63,917 bases of DNA from Octopus vulgaris (lineage: Eukaryota): assembly GCA_951406725.2 (NCBI GenBank), contig OX597816.1, positions 48,918,001 through 48,981,917 of the forward strand, given 5' to 3'. A program made the translations under genes and the position numbers. This document shows positions 25,694 through 39,552 of the stretch, piece after piece. The stretch's first letter is position 1, and each line of letters opens with the position of its first letter. The notes under the pieces were generated by a model. The model saw nothing but the letters and a program-made list of their open reading frames with translations, ran no database searches and had not been told where the DNA came from.

Positions 25694-27083
25694 TAAGTCG
25701 GTGGGCTAGTCGAAGCCAGCTTTGCATTACCTCTTTCAATGAGTAAATGTGGCAGTTCTATAATCGTCTTTCTTTTCCCTACTAAAACTAGGCATAGATT
25801 TGAATTGAATATTATTATTTGTATTTTGTTGGTGTGTCTTTTTAGTGTCATTCATCAGAACAATAAGAAACGAGTTGCATAAAGATCATTGGCCTTTCTT
25901 GCACTTGCGCTCTCTCACATAACGACATGACATATAGAAACATACAGATCATAATCACTCATTTATTTCTTTTTCGAGCGGAATAAGAACTTGGTAGTAG
26001 TTTTTTTTTTAATAAAAAGGTAAGCATCTTTCGTAATACATCATCACATATTATTTTCACACATTACAATTTCATTAATAATTTCCAATACATATTTATT
26101 TTTTATTTGAGTTTGGCATTCTGCTGTATATTCACATCTTCGTTGTCACTGCTTTTTTTTTTTTATCATTTCTAATCAATCAATCGTGAGTAGTTGAGCG
26201 ATAATTTCAGTAGAGTTTAGGACGAATAACTCCCACTGATTTCAAATAACAGTAAAATGAAATTTTCAGACTATAAGGTGTGAATTTAAGGGAAATTTGG
26301 CTGTTGTTTCTAGCACATGTCACAACCACATTCCTCGTTTGTTTGTCACTCATGTATTGATGTTTTCAATATTTTTCTCCTCGTGAAGATATTTTATGCA
26401 TTATTATTGAAAAGGTTGCAAGACGCAACGAAAATTTTAGAAAAAAAATAATCAAGTAAATGAGTGGAAATCGAACAGGTGTGTGTGTTAAATATTATTT
26501 TATGCAATAATAATGCAGCAGAAATAACATACGGACGATCTATTGCTGGGATTTATGTAACAAAAAGAAAATTAAAATAAGGTGAACGTCAGTGATAGGT
26601 GGCCCACATCAGTTGAAATGATGCGGGTATCGTTTTAACGATAAAAGTTTTCGAAAAATGTTGTTTTACTCACCCCCAGGCTCCACCCTCCGAATCGATT
26701 TTGAAAATAAAAATTTTGAAAATGATTTTTACCTCCTCCTACTCTCCGGACCGATTTTGAAAATAAAAATTTGGAAAATGATTTTTACCTCCTCCTACTC
26801 TCCGGACCGATTTTGGTTGATTTTGTGGCCACTACGCAAGATAATTTTTTGGTCGATTTTGAGAGCACTATGCACTTAAGGCAATCACTCGGTATTGGCC
26901 TCAAAACTGTCATTTTTTTGCAACTGTTCGTTCGTTAGTTTCTGTGAAAAATTTTAATATATTTAATTTTGATTTCGTGACTTGTCGAAGGCGGCATTTG
27001 GTTTTAAGTTGGAAAGTGAAAAAGGAAAGGGACAGACGCGCGCGAACGTTTACGTACGTGTCTATGAAATAAAATGTGCGTGG

Positions 27084-27132
<49 letters not shown>

Positions 27133-27171
27133 TGTGTGTGTGTGTGTGTGTGTTTATGCATGTATGTGCGT

Positions 27172-27552
27172 AGAAGTGCAATGGTTCAGTGGTTAGGGCA
27201 GCGGACTTGCGGTCATAGGATCGCGGTTACGATTCCCAAATCGGGTGTTATGAGTGTTTATTGAGCGTAAATGCCTAAAGCTCCACACGGCTCCGGCAAG
27301 GTGCGGTGGCGAACCCTGCTGTATTCTTTCACTACAGCTTTCTCTCACTCTTTCTTCCTGTTTCTGTTGCACCTGTAATTTCAAAGGGCCAACCTTGTCA
27401 CACTCTGTGTCACGCTGAATCTCACCGGGAACTACGTTAAGGGTACACGTGTCTGTGGAGTGCTCAGCCACTTGCACGTTAATTTCACGAACAAGCTGTT
27501 CTGTTGATCGTATCAAATGAAACCCTCGTCGTCGTAACCGACGGAGTGCCAC
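27172..27552 (+). mobile_element. SINE family C, tail type 2 (diverged)
   Basis: Reverse-complement match to 17286-17667. Confidence 0.85.
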
Positions 27553-27945
27553 GATGTATGTGTATATGAAAGATAATGGGAGTGTGTGCGTGTTGTGTGT
27601 ATTTATGTATGTACGTGTATGCTATCATTCAGTTTTTACAACCACGAGAGAAGCCTTTTTCGGTAAAAAGAAAAAAAGAGTAAATATTTTCAAACGAAAA
27701 GGTGTGTGATTTAAGGAAGATTTGGCTGTTGTTTCTAGCACATTCCACGACCACCTTCCTCGTTTCTTTGTCACAGCCATATGTATTGATGCTTTTTCAG
27801 TAACTTTCTTCCTATAAGCACATTTTATGGATTGGTGATGCAGAAGTAACACATGCGTGGTACATAACTGGGGGTCTAAATAACAACAAGATATTTGGAA
27901 CTTAACTCCCCCACCACAACCAAGCGAGGCCGTGTGTGTGTGTGT

Positions 27946-27980
<35 letters not shown>

Positions 27981-28102
27981 CACGTAAATACTGACAAGAA
28001 AAGTATGCTATTAAAATAAATTATCTTTTAGATTAGATAGCTTTTTAAATCACTGTGGATAAATTTCAGCACTTATCTTCTGAGGCTTTAGAATTATATT
28101 AA

Positions 28103-28483
28103 GGCTGCGAGCGGGCAGAAACGTTAGCGCGCCGGGTGAAATGCTTAGCAGTATTTCGTCTGTGGGTAGTAAAGAAATAGGTATTTCGTCTGCCGTTACG
28201 TTCTGAGTTCAAATTCCGCCGAGGTTGACTTTGCCTTTCATCCTTTCGGGGTTGATTAAATAAGTACCAGTTACGCACTGGGGTCGATGTAATCGACTTA
28301 ATCCGTTTGTCTGTCCTTGTTTGTCCTCTCTGTGTTTAGCTCCCAGTGCATAACTGGTACTTATTTAATCGATCCTGAAAGGATGAAAGGCAAAGTCGAC
28401 ATCGGCGGAATTTGAACTCAGAACGTAACGGCAGACGAAATACCTATTTCTTTACTACACACAGACGAAATACTGCTAAGCAT
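28103..28483. mobile_element. SINE family A with local inverted duplication
   Basis: Arms 28141-28282 and 28342-28483 are reverse complements. Confidence 0.85.
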
Positions 28484-29356
28484 TGGTTAATTTGTTTATT
28501 TTTTATCTATGGTGATGATGTTCACTCCTCGGTGATATTGCCAGAACTGATGCAATGGCTATAGTTGCTCACAAACGAAACTTCCCGAACCTTCTAGAAC
28601 ATTATAGATATTCGGTGGTGGGGGGAGAAAGAATTTTTATTCAAAATATCTGGAAAATTATTCAATTGAGTTAAATGTGTTGTTAACTTTTGAGTTTTGA
28701 ATTTCAACTTTTTTTCCATATAAACTTTTTTCCGTATATTGTTATGTAATTCTAGCTACGTTAACTTAATATATGTAAAATTGGATCGTGTGTTGTAAAC
28801 TGTTGCGGCCACGGTATATATATAATGTACAGTTCCGTCATAGAAAATTCAACAAAAATAAGTACTCCATCTGGTGGGAGATAAATATATTGTTAAAGGT
28901 CATAATACAAGTCTTGAAGTGTTACTAATAGTTTTATATTTTGAGAAACGTTTCAAACACATTCTTCAAGCATAAATCACATATCATAACGAACTAAGGT
29001 CTAAGGGAGATAACTCTTACCTCTTTAAGTTTTTTTTTCATAATTTTGTATTTTAGAAGTTATTTCGCTTTAAAGTTGTCGTATTTGGGTAAGCTTAACC
29101 AATCAAGGACGTGTATTCAGCCGAAGAAAGTTACTGCTGCTGTTTGCGTAAAACAACTACTGGGTGATTATTTTTACAGTTTTACATGAATAAATTACCT
29201 TGAAACACACTCACACACTTACACATCACGTCAATTTTCCCTCAGGCATTGACAAAACAACGAATCTTCGACAACAGAAAAATTTAAACTGAATCCCTTC
29301 CCTAACAAAACCCTTCTTTAATAAGCAGAAATGTTTTTATAGCAACATATATGAGA

Positions 29357-29633
<277 letters not shown>

Positions 29634-30244
29634 AGCACACACACACACATTAATAATAGGCAGAAGTTACAGAGTAACAATGGCCAAATTCGTGTTTGAT
29701 AAGTGTCAATACACGAAACTCCCAGCTTTTGACTTACTCTCTACCTTCTGCCGATGAGATATTTACATACATATAAGTGTAAAAAAAATATCATCACGCA
29801 ATGGAACCAATGAAAGAGCCTCTACCTGGTCGCTCAACACTCTAAAAATAGCAGCCAAAGTATCCCCCTATCTAAATCACACGCCCATTGTACGTAATGT
29901 CCTAGATTATCCCTAAAAAGACGGTTTGCTGAAGGTTAGAATGTCTTTGATGATAGGTTTGCTGTATCAGGGTTGATTTGAGGCTAGATAACAACAAAAT
30001 TATTACTGAGACAGATCAACGACGGAGATTGTGTGTGGTTACAGGACCTGCTAGAAAAGTCGCCAAACTTACTTATATACAGAATAGAAAAAACCCTGAC
30101 ACATTCAACCAGTAAATTTATTGGACAAGATCCAATAAAATTATATAGAATATATATAACAATAATAGAGGATAAAACTTTAACAAAAAACCTTTATCAG
30201 TGGACAGTATATAAAATGAAACCAGTTAAGGTGAAGATCATATG

Positions 30245-30520
30245 TATAATTATAATGAGGGTTTTGAAAAACTTTGTAGCTTAATTAATGAGAAATAGAC
30301 GCTAAATGATTTCACCACTGAAAGAAGTCACTCAAAGAAGTCACTTCTTTGATCTCATCACTCAAATAAGTGTGTTTGGGACTTCTTTGAGTGATATGAC
30401 GATTTAGCGTCTATTTCTCAGCATATAGGGTAGACAATTTTTATATGACGATTTAGCGTCCATTTCTCAGGATATAGGCTAGAAAATTTTTCTAAGCCCT
30501 CATTATATATATTATATAAA
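30245..30520. repeat. Imperfect foldback / MITE-like inverted repeat
   Basis: GAGAAATAGACGCTAAAT vs ATTTAGCGTCTATTTCTC; ATAATGAGGG vs CCCTCATTAT. Confidence 0.55.
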
Positions 30521-30655
30521 AAATTCCACGTAAACCCGAAGTTTCTACCTTTAAAAATAAGGAGTTACAACCTCTTTACTTGTGTGATTTTTTGCTACCC
30601 TGGTAACTATTTATCTATTTTTACCGTGTTAATTGTTAACAAAGGAAAAATACAC

Positions 30656-30734
<79 letters not shown>

Positions 30735-32870
30735 GTTGTCTACTCCTTATGCAGAGTTTGACCAACCCTTGTATCTACACCTTAGCACCATCATGGCGTC
30801 TGATGTGGCTTTCTAAACCAGACAATGTTCTGAAAAGACACCCACATAGATTGCACCTCTGATTTGGACCACCAATACTTTCAGATAAGTTCTGCTCTTT
30901 GTAGATCTTGACATGTCTTTTGAGGCTCCCGTTGGCTTTGCAAACCTCCTGGCATACACTGCATTCAAAAGTGTGCACAGACATACAGCCAGAATAGTTG
31001 GTGGAGATTCGTTTTCCATGCGTTCGCAGATGAGATTTGAAGCCAGCAAAAGACAGGCATGATCTGTCACAGACTGTGCACAGGAAGAGGTCATTGTCAT
31101 TCACCTTCTCGATCGTTACATTCTTCCTTAGAGTCTTACTTGCGTTATCCTGGCCTCTTCAAATGCTTTCACTCCACTCTACGCCTTTGTTCGCCATCTA
31201 ACTCAATCTGAAGCAAGGGTTTCTATATCTTCTGGAACCATTCCAAGTGACTTCATAGTAGTCCTTATGCTGTCCTTAAACCTTTTTTCAGGTTTACGCC
31301 GATAGCGTTTCCCCTCTGCAAGCTCACCATAAAACAGCTGTTTCGACATGCGTTCATCTGCCATTCGAACAATATGGCCACACCATCTCAATTGGTTCCT
31401 CAAAATCGTAGCTTTAATTGAGGTGAGGCCTGCAGAAGCAAGGACATCTGTGTTTGGAGTAAAAGAACTCCATTTAGTTTTTAAAATGCGATGAAAGCAT
31501 TTTTGGCGGAATTGTTCTAACAGTTTAAAATGCCTTTCATAATAAGTCCAAGTTTCACAGGAATACAACAGGGATAGTAAGACAAATGATTTGTAAAGAG
31601 CCAGTTTTGTATTCTTATTTATATGTCGCTGGCACCAAATGCTTTTGCTGCCCTTTGAATTCGCAGCTGTATTTCTGTATCAAGATTTCAATCATTTTGA
31701 ACAGAGCAACCAAGGTAGACGAACGAATCGACAACCTCAAGTAACTTCCCCTTAATAAAAATTTTAATGGTGTTACTAACAACACCAAATGCAGGTTGAT
31801 GCATTTCAACTGTTTTTTTTTTCAAGTTGATGGTGAAGCTAAAATCATCACAAGCTGAGTTAAATACAGATACAAGAGATTGCAGCCCTGTTTCAGAATG
31901 ACTGACAAGATCACATACAAAAGTTCCCTAATGAGTGAAGTAAAAAGCTTAGCTTTGAATTTCAGTCTGGTCAGATGAAAAACATTCCCTGTTGTTCGAT
32001 ATTTTATGTAAATACCCTCCTCAGAGTTTTGAAAAGCATGTGACAACACAACAGCAAAGTATATTGCAAAGAGGGTGCGTGCATCAAGGTCTCCTTGCTT
32101 TACTCCATTTTCCACTGCAAAAGATTCAGAGAGCCTTCCACCAAAACTACCTCTAGCTTTCATATCTTGATGCAAAGCCCTGACCATGTTCACAAATTTT
32201 TCTGGGCAACCTATTTTCCTTAGAATTAGCCACAAAGCATTTCGATTAACAGTATCAAATGCTTTGCTCAAATCAACAAAGCAATGGTATAGAACAAGAT
32301 GCTGTTCAATGCACTTTTCTTGTAATTGTCTGACAGTAAAGATACAATCAGATGTGCCCCTGGAGGAACAAAAACCACACTGAGACTCAGGCACTATATT
32401 TGGAACTATAAAGGTATTTAAACGTTCTAACAAAATGCGGGCAAGTACCTTTCCAACCACAGACGAAAGCAAAATCCCTCGAAAATTACCACACAGATCC
32501 TTTGGCCCCGATTTATACAAGGAGACTAAAATGGAATCAATCCAGTCTTGAGGCAATTTGTCAGTTCTCTAACAGTGAGAAATTAATATATTTAAGACTT
32601 CAAACATTTTGTCACCCCTATATTTCAAGACTTCTGCACAGATTCCATCAGACCCCGGAGACATTATTATTCAGCTTATTCACAGCTAAATAAATGTCAT
32701 TTAAAGTTGGTTCAAATGCCATCTCTTCAATAACTGGAAGGTGTTCAATTTTTTCTATCGTCCTCATGTCAACGGATGATGGTCTATTCAAAGTACAGAA
32801 AAATGTTCTACCCAGCACTTACGAATAGAAGCGGAGTCAGTCAAAAGAAAACGTCCATTTGCTGTTCTTA
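30735..32870 (-). mobile_element. 5'-truncated RTE-clade LINE (RT) with three C-terminal C2H2 zinc fingers, degraded
   Basis: PESQCGF, RQLQEKCIEQ, FVDLSKAFDTV, GVKQG, YSCETWT, QLRWCGHIVRM..KQLFYGEL; CTVC..HLRTH, CSVC..HVKIY, CNLC..HIRRH. Confidence 0.88.
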
Positions 32871-33114
32871 TTGGAGCTATTGAAGAAAATATATACATAT
32901 TTACATTTTGTTGGATGGCCGTTGACTGTTCAGGAGTTCATCCGCCCTTTGACTGGTCTTATTTTTCATCCCGCAGCGTGTCCAACAACATCCTCCTTAC
33001 CAAGCAAGCCTTGTGGGGTTGCCAGTTTAGTCGCCTACGACCCGACCATGCGACAGGTTGTACTGGATTACATGTTACCAGTAGCACTCAAGAGCGAGCT
33101 GACACACACACACA

Positions 33115-33182
<68 letters not shown>

Positions 33183-33199
33183 CATATGTCCTTGCTTTC

Positions 33200-33380
33200 G
33201 TAACGTGGAGTAGATGAAACAGGGACACTTGAAGAAGGGGAATATTCTTTATGTTGCATGTCTCGTTTCTCTGTTTGTTTTTTTCGTTGTTGGAAAAAAG
33301 TTCGTTTCTATGCTTTTGTTTTTATGTTTTCGTTTCTCATTGTGTTCAACGTTTTTTTGATGTCATGTACCCATATATGC

Positions 33381-33443
<63 letters not shown>

Positions 33444-33534
33444 GGTATGTACATCTATGTATGTATATATGCATATATTTATATATTATTTATATTATTT
33501 TATGATCGAACGCCTCGCATCCTTTTCCAAGTAA

Positions 33535-33537
<3 letters not shown>
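33200..33537 (+). repeat. Dispersed non-autonomous repeat (copies at ~61720-61978 minus and ~62420-62570 plus)
   Basis: Shared GGGGAATATTCTTTATGTT...CATTGTGTTCAACGTTTTTT...GATCGAACGCC. Confidence 0.75.
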
Positions 33538-33579
<42 letters not shown>

Positions 33580-33584
<5 letters not shown>

Positions 33585-33790
33585 TAATCCAAACATGAAA
33601 ACACAAACAGAAAACACAACAACGCGAGGACGTGGAACAGATATAGTATTATTGGACGCTCAGGAAGGAAGGAAAGAAGGAGGGCTTAACGTTTCGAGCG
33701 GAGCTCTTCGTCAGAAACATAGGAAAAGGAAAGATCCAAAGAAGGGAAGACGGAGGAAAAAAATCGTCAACGGTACACACGCGGTCACAT
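33580..33790 (-). mobile_element. Penelope-like terminal-repeat fragment
   Basis: Contains the CTGACGAAG...CGAAACGTT signature typical of PLE pseudo-LTRs; flanked by (TA)n. Confidence 0.5.
33684..33718 (-). ncRNA. Minimal hammerhead ribozyme-like motif
   Basis: GUUU-CUGACGA-A-GAGC(UCC)GCUC-GAA-ACGU-U-AAGC: stem I, stem II and palindromic ACGU stem III. Confidence 0.55.
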
Positions 33791-34902
33791 GTATATATAT
33801 ATATACATGTGTGTGTGTGTGTGTGTAACGTAGCTGGTGACTGACACCTTATGGTCATTAATCCGAGTAAACTAAATATGATTGGTTGCTTTGGGGCAAG
33901 CGTCACCAGAGTCATCTGGATTATGACAAATGTTTTTCAAGCTCAGATTAATAGTATAAAGTGTTTATAAAGTGTTCAATTTATTTTTTGTTTGTTTATA
34001 AGGTCCAGATAAAATACTAAATAATAATGTAGGGTCATGTTGCACAAGTCACACGGTATCTTGGATCATATAGGTATAAATCTTCTTTTATAAATTTATG
34101 ATTTAGCATAAACGTAAAATGTGTGCAGCGGTATAAATTAGGTACAATGAAAAGTTGTGATTTAATTTTTGTATGTAACCTTGGCGGTTATAATATTCCT
34201 CATGAAAATAATCATTTCATTTGACTAAAAATACGAGCATATGATCACTGGAGATAGGTACAGGATATTAAATAGGATGCAACACATTATTGTCACATAA
34301 TAAACTGATTTTGCAGAAATGAAAAACAGATTTCGGGTATATAAACGCAATTTTAAACCCGTAACGAGAGGGACAAACATAATACTTGAATAAATTCAAT
34401 GGGAAAATTTGAAGATATGAGAATATAATAACTTTGAAACGTAATATTTGAAATGAAAGAAAATAAAACCTCATCTTATAATTCTTTGAATTGATCCTTA
34501 ATTCTATACTTCATTAATTTTTTCCCTTATATTTCCATTATTTCATTTTGCAGAGATTTCATCTGGTTGAGACAATGCGTATCCGTTGGTAAGTATTCGT
34601 AAATATATTTATCATTGACTCTGTAAACGTATTTGTTGATGATGATGTTGTGGTTACCGTTGTGCTTGTTGACTTTCATAGCATAATCACTTGGTAAATT
34701 CTGTAACATTACTTACTCATTGAATGATTCCTGTTAATGAAAACTCTTCAGTTAAAACAGTTGACAATTGTATTACACACAAAGCCTAGGATACTTAAAG
34801 TAAGTTAGGAAAGTAAATTAACAAACATTGCTTTATGTGAGTTGAAACTAGACATTCATTTTCAATGATGTGGGATGGATAATAATAATAATAAAAATAA
34901 TA

Positions 34903-34944
<42 letters not shown>

Positions 34945-34948
<4 letters not shown>

Positions 34949-35640
34949 CTAAAAGTAATTTAAAACCGAAAACGGAGGCCCTAATCTGTGCTAAGAACAA
35001 ACTACATAAAATACAGAATAGGCAACACATCAAAAAGTGATAAGTGTAGAATCTGTGGACAAAACAGTGAAACCGGATGGCATATTACCAGCCAATGTAC
35101 GCCACTAGCCCAGAAGGAATATAAGAGATGCCATGACAATATAGCCAAGCTTATCCATTGGACACTGATGTTGGCTTTGCATTGTATGGACTTGACAGAG
35201 CAAAAAATTGGTACGACCACAAACTTGAAGCCATTGTCGAAAATAGAAATGCAAAGATCCTGTGGGATTTTATGATTCAGTGCGACCAGGAGATTGAGAA
35301 TAGGAAGCCGGACTTAGTCTTAATTGAGAAAGAAAACAAACTATGCTGGATCACAGACATAGCATGTCCAGCCGACAAGGTATGCGATAAGGAAGAAAGA
35401 TATGACAGCTTAGCTTAGGAAGTTAAGCAGTTGTAGTCGATCAAAAAAGTAGCAGTAGTACCAATAATTGTCGGAGCCGTGGGAACAGTGAGCAAAAGTC
35501 TCGAGAAGTACATGGAACAAATAGGGGCTGCAATAAGTGTGGAGCACTTGCAGAAAACAGCACTACTTGGGACCGCTCGAATACTCCGGGAGGTGCTCGA
35601 AAAATAAGAGGTGTTACCTTAGTTCACTGGTAGTGAACAG
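34945..35640 (+). mobile_element. R4/Dong-like 3' fragment (CCHC + REL endonuclease) between (TAA)n and (CAA)n(TAA)n
   Basis: CRICGQNSETGWHITSQC, RCHD, ILWDF, RKPDLV, DIACP, PIIVGA. Confidence 0.85.
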
Positions 35641-35929
35641 CAAAGGCAACAACAACAACAACAACAATAATAATCATTATTATTATAGGCGTAGGAGTGA
35701 CTGTGTGGTAAGTAGCTTGCTTACCTTAGAAGAGTCAACACGTGTCTTTCCTCGTGGTAAGAATTTTTGCTGGTGTTATTGCTTCATTGTTACTGTTTTG
35801 TTGATATTACTTTTTGATGTGTTACCTTTGAAACAAGGAGTTACATTTGAACGTTTTTGAACTGTTTTATTCCCCGGTAAGACCGGGGACTCTATGCACC
35901 TTGTGTTAGAGGTTTCCAAACTGATTTTT

Positions 35930-38900
35930 ATCTGCGCCTTGAGGGCTTTCTCATGACGTCGAAGACTTTAGTGGTATTAGGGGACTTTAATGCTATCGTT
36001 CACGTACACATCGATAGTGTTGGCTCGATCCATAGAAACGTGAACTCACGTCTCGTGGATCTACTTAAGCGGTTTCAGCTGGCAGATCGTTACAGACTTG
36101 ACCATCCGAACGTCCCAGAGTAGACATAGATGAGTGGCGACGGAAGGTTCAAGTCTTATCTAGATAGAATAGTGATAAGAACTAGAGATAAGTCTAGTTT
36201 TAGTTGTCCACAGCTTGTCCAGGTGTCCTATACTGACCATAGAATGGTCAAGTGTAGACTGGACATAGGTTGCACACTTAAGATAGGACCCGGCTACTGG
36301 AAGCTGAACAAGTCTATTTTGACTTGTGGGATTAAGGAGTTAGTACAGAGGGCGTTAACCGGAGCCGTGGTTAATAACCGGTGGTGGTTCGCCCTCAAAA
36401 GAGCCATTCGATTCGAGGTCATTAGATTCAGTAAGCAACTAAGACTAGACAGGGCTAGAATAGAAGGGCAATTAGTTAAGAACTTAGAGGAGGCGTTGAG
36501 GTTGGGCTCTGCTTGCCACGTTTTGGCGGCGAGAACGGCATTAGACCGTCACCTCAAAACCAAACATGAGGGGTGTAGAGTTCGGGCTAAAGTGCGAGCA
36601 TTGGGCCGTGAGGGGATTAATGTTGCCGGATGAGGCCCGTACGATAGAAACCCAGCGTGGCAACGATGTCACAATTAGGTCTCTTGCTGACGAAAACGGA
36701 TGCACGATCAAGGAGTGGGACGAGATGTGTGAGGCACTTTACAAGCACTTCGCTGAGTTGTTCGGAAGGTGCGGGACGCTGGATCATGGTGAGGCCCTTA
36801 GGGATTTCCCGTCTGGCGACCCGCGTCTCTCGGCACGAGAGGCTGAGTGCTGTGAGGGGCCAATCACAGCCGAGGAAGTAATCGAGGTGTTGGGCGAGTG
36901 CCCCGGGGAGAAGTCGCCGGGTCTCGATGGTCTGCCCTATGAGTTTTATAAAAGTATACCAGACTTGTTCGGGCATCTGCTGGCTAGCGTCTTCGCCAAT
37001 TGGCAGCAGAATGGGAGAATTCCCAAATCTGTGTGCCGGGGAGTGGTAACGTTGATCAGGAAGGACCCGAGCAAAGGGGATGAGATAGGGAACTTCAGGC
37101 CCATAACTCTGCTGAACACAGAGTTAAAGATTTTGCCAAGGTGCTAGCGAAAAGGTTGGCGCGGGTCGTGGACAAACTTGTTGGGGAAGCGCAAACGTGC
37201 GCTATCCCGGACAGGACGATCCACGACAATCTCCACCTTATACGCTACTCCTTAGAGAAAGTGGGGGAACCTTTCTGTCGCAGGAGGGGCACTGGTACAT
37301 TTAGACCAGTCTAAAGCATTTGATAGGGTCGACCATCGGTACTTGGCGGCGGTCCTCGGGGAGGCTGGCCTGGGCCCGACCTTTCGCGGTTGGATCGTAT
37401 AGCGGCATCGAGTCTGTCATCAAAGTGAACGGGTTCTTTTCGAAGCCGTTCAGGATCGAGCGTTCAGTTCATCAGGGGTGTCCCCTGTCCCCACTTCTAT
37501 ATGTGTTGGCTCTTGAGCCTTTGCTGCGGAAGTTGGAGGCACTAGGGGGCGCACCGCATGATCTATGGTGTGGAAGAGGAGCTACGGCGTACACGGATGA
37601 CATCTCCATCATCGTGGCAGATGAAGACCAGCTTCCAGTGGTGGAAGAGACCATCAAAAGTTACGAGGCGGTGACAGGAGCAAAGGTTAACTAGGACAAG
37701 TCGGTCAGTTTGCAACTCGGCACCTGGAGGGGCAAGCCGATGCCGTCCAATAACGTCGTGGGACGTTGGACGGAAGGTCCTGTTAAGCTGCTTGGAGTCT
37801 GGATTGGTCCAGACCTCCAGATAGAGATAAATTGGAGTGAGGTGGCCGGCAGGGTGACCGCTCTAACCCAGACCTGGTCTGGACGGGCGTTATTCCAGCT
37901 AGGGAGGGCGGAGGTGGTGCAGATGTTCATAGCATCAGTAATCCCCTACCGTCTGACCGTGGTGCCTTGCCCCGATTTGTGGCTGAACAAGTTGGAGAGA
38001 ATCCTTTTCCGCTTTTTGGTGGAAAGGAGAAAAGTCACTTGTGAAGCGCTCTGTCTGTTGCCAGAAACCGTTAAAGGGTGGGCTAGTGATGCCTTGGCTG
38101 AAGATGCGAAAATTCGCATTAAGGTTGAGGCACTTTTGGCTTTACCTGGATGGAGAACAGATGTGGTCACCGCACGTTCGGTTCTACCTTCCCCAGTTAA
38201 CGTCCTTAACGGACACCGGTGCATGGATCAAGCGGAGACCTAAACTGGGGGACTGGCACTTGGAGTGTCGTCAGGCACTCCAGCTACTCTCTCGGGCGGG
38301 CAACGCCGGCAGCAGGAGTTCCACTGCGGATTTCTATAGCGAGTTAGTGGAATTTATGTCAGAAAACGTCTTGGGGGAGACCCTGGGCTACGATGAAAAT
38401 CAGTTGGTCAACCTGTTCGGGCCGAGGTATCTGGATAATTACCAGAAATCCCTGGCCTGGCAGTGTTTCCGTGCGGCGTTACCTGTTCGCGACAAGCTGT
38501 CAAGGCACGGAAGTGCCGTCTCGTCGACACGTCCGCGATATGAGCGGCATAGGGAAACCGTCTTGCACGCATTCGTGGAGTGCCCGGAGTTATCGGGACT
38601 GATTGCTTTTGCCGAACAACTGTTGTCAGTGATGGAAAGAATACAGCTATCAGCGGAGTCTATCATTGAGATTGTGCCACCTCCTTTCCTCAGCAGGGAA
38701 AGGAAGGCTTGTTTTTCCTGCGTAGTAGCCATACTGAAAGAAACAGCATGGAAGACGCGTACGAAAGGTATAGTGACAGGTACCTTTGTATCCGGCCAGG
38801 GGTTGGTTAACTTTTTTAGTTACCACCTCGGTAGTAAGATCAGGCTGGAGAAGAGGTGTCTGTCATATGTTTATGAAAAGATGGACGCCTGTGGATTGCA

Positions 38901-39120
38901 AGCTGGGTATGTTTGGCACCAGGTAAGTGTGGCCGGATCAAGAAGTAAAGGTTCTACCCAGATGGCTGGGTTCCTTGCCCTACTATGTAACATGAAATTT
39001 GTAAACTCTTATTGAAATTTGTACCCATTATATTTAAGCTACTTCGCCCAAAATGTTTGTCTGTCCTTTTGTGTCCCCTCAATGTAACGCCTTAATGGCG
39101 AATTTTCATGAAATAAAGAA
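35930..39120 (+). mobile_element. Tx1/L1-clade LINE ORF2 (EN-RT), frameshifted, A-rich 3' end
   Basis: [70 protein letters not shown]. Confidence 0.9.
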
Positions 39121-39492
39121 GCTTGCTTACCAACCACATGGTTCCGGGTTCAGTTTCACTGCGTGGCACCTTGGGCAAGTGCCTTCTACTATAGCCTCGG
39201 GCCAACCAAAGCCTTGTGCGTGGATTTGGTAGACGGAAACTGAAAGAAGCCCGTCGTATATATGTATATATATGTATGTGTGTGTATATGTTTGTGTGTC
39301 TCTGTTTGTCCCCCCCAACATCGCTTGACAACCGAAGCTGGTGTGTTTACGTCCCCGTAACTTAGCGGTTCGGCAAAAGAGACCGATAGAATAAGTACTA
39401 GGCTTACAAAGAATAAGTTCTGGGGTCGATCTGCTCGACTAATGGTGGTGCTCCAGCATGGCCACAGTCAAATGACCGAAACAAGTAAAAGA
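39120..39492 (+). mobile_element. SINE family B, head truncated
   Basis: Match to the 20946 copy. Confidence 0.85.
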
Positions 39493-39552
39493 GTAATAAT
39501 AATAATAATAACAATAATAATAATGAGGATGATGATGAGGATGATGATAATA

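Noticed and set aside
30775-31104. Host C2H2 transcription factor gene
   Set aside because: Collinear with and directly downstream of a decayed RTE ORF; one finger is degenerate
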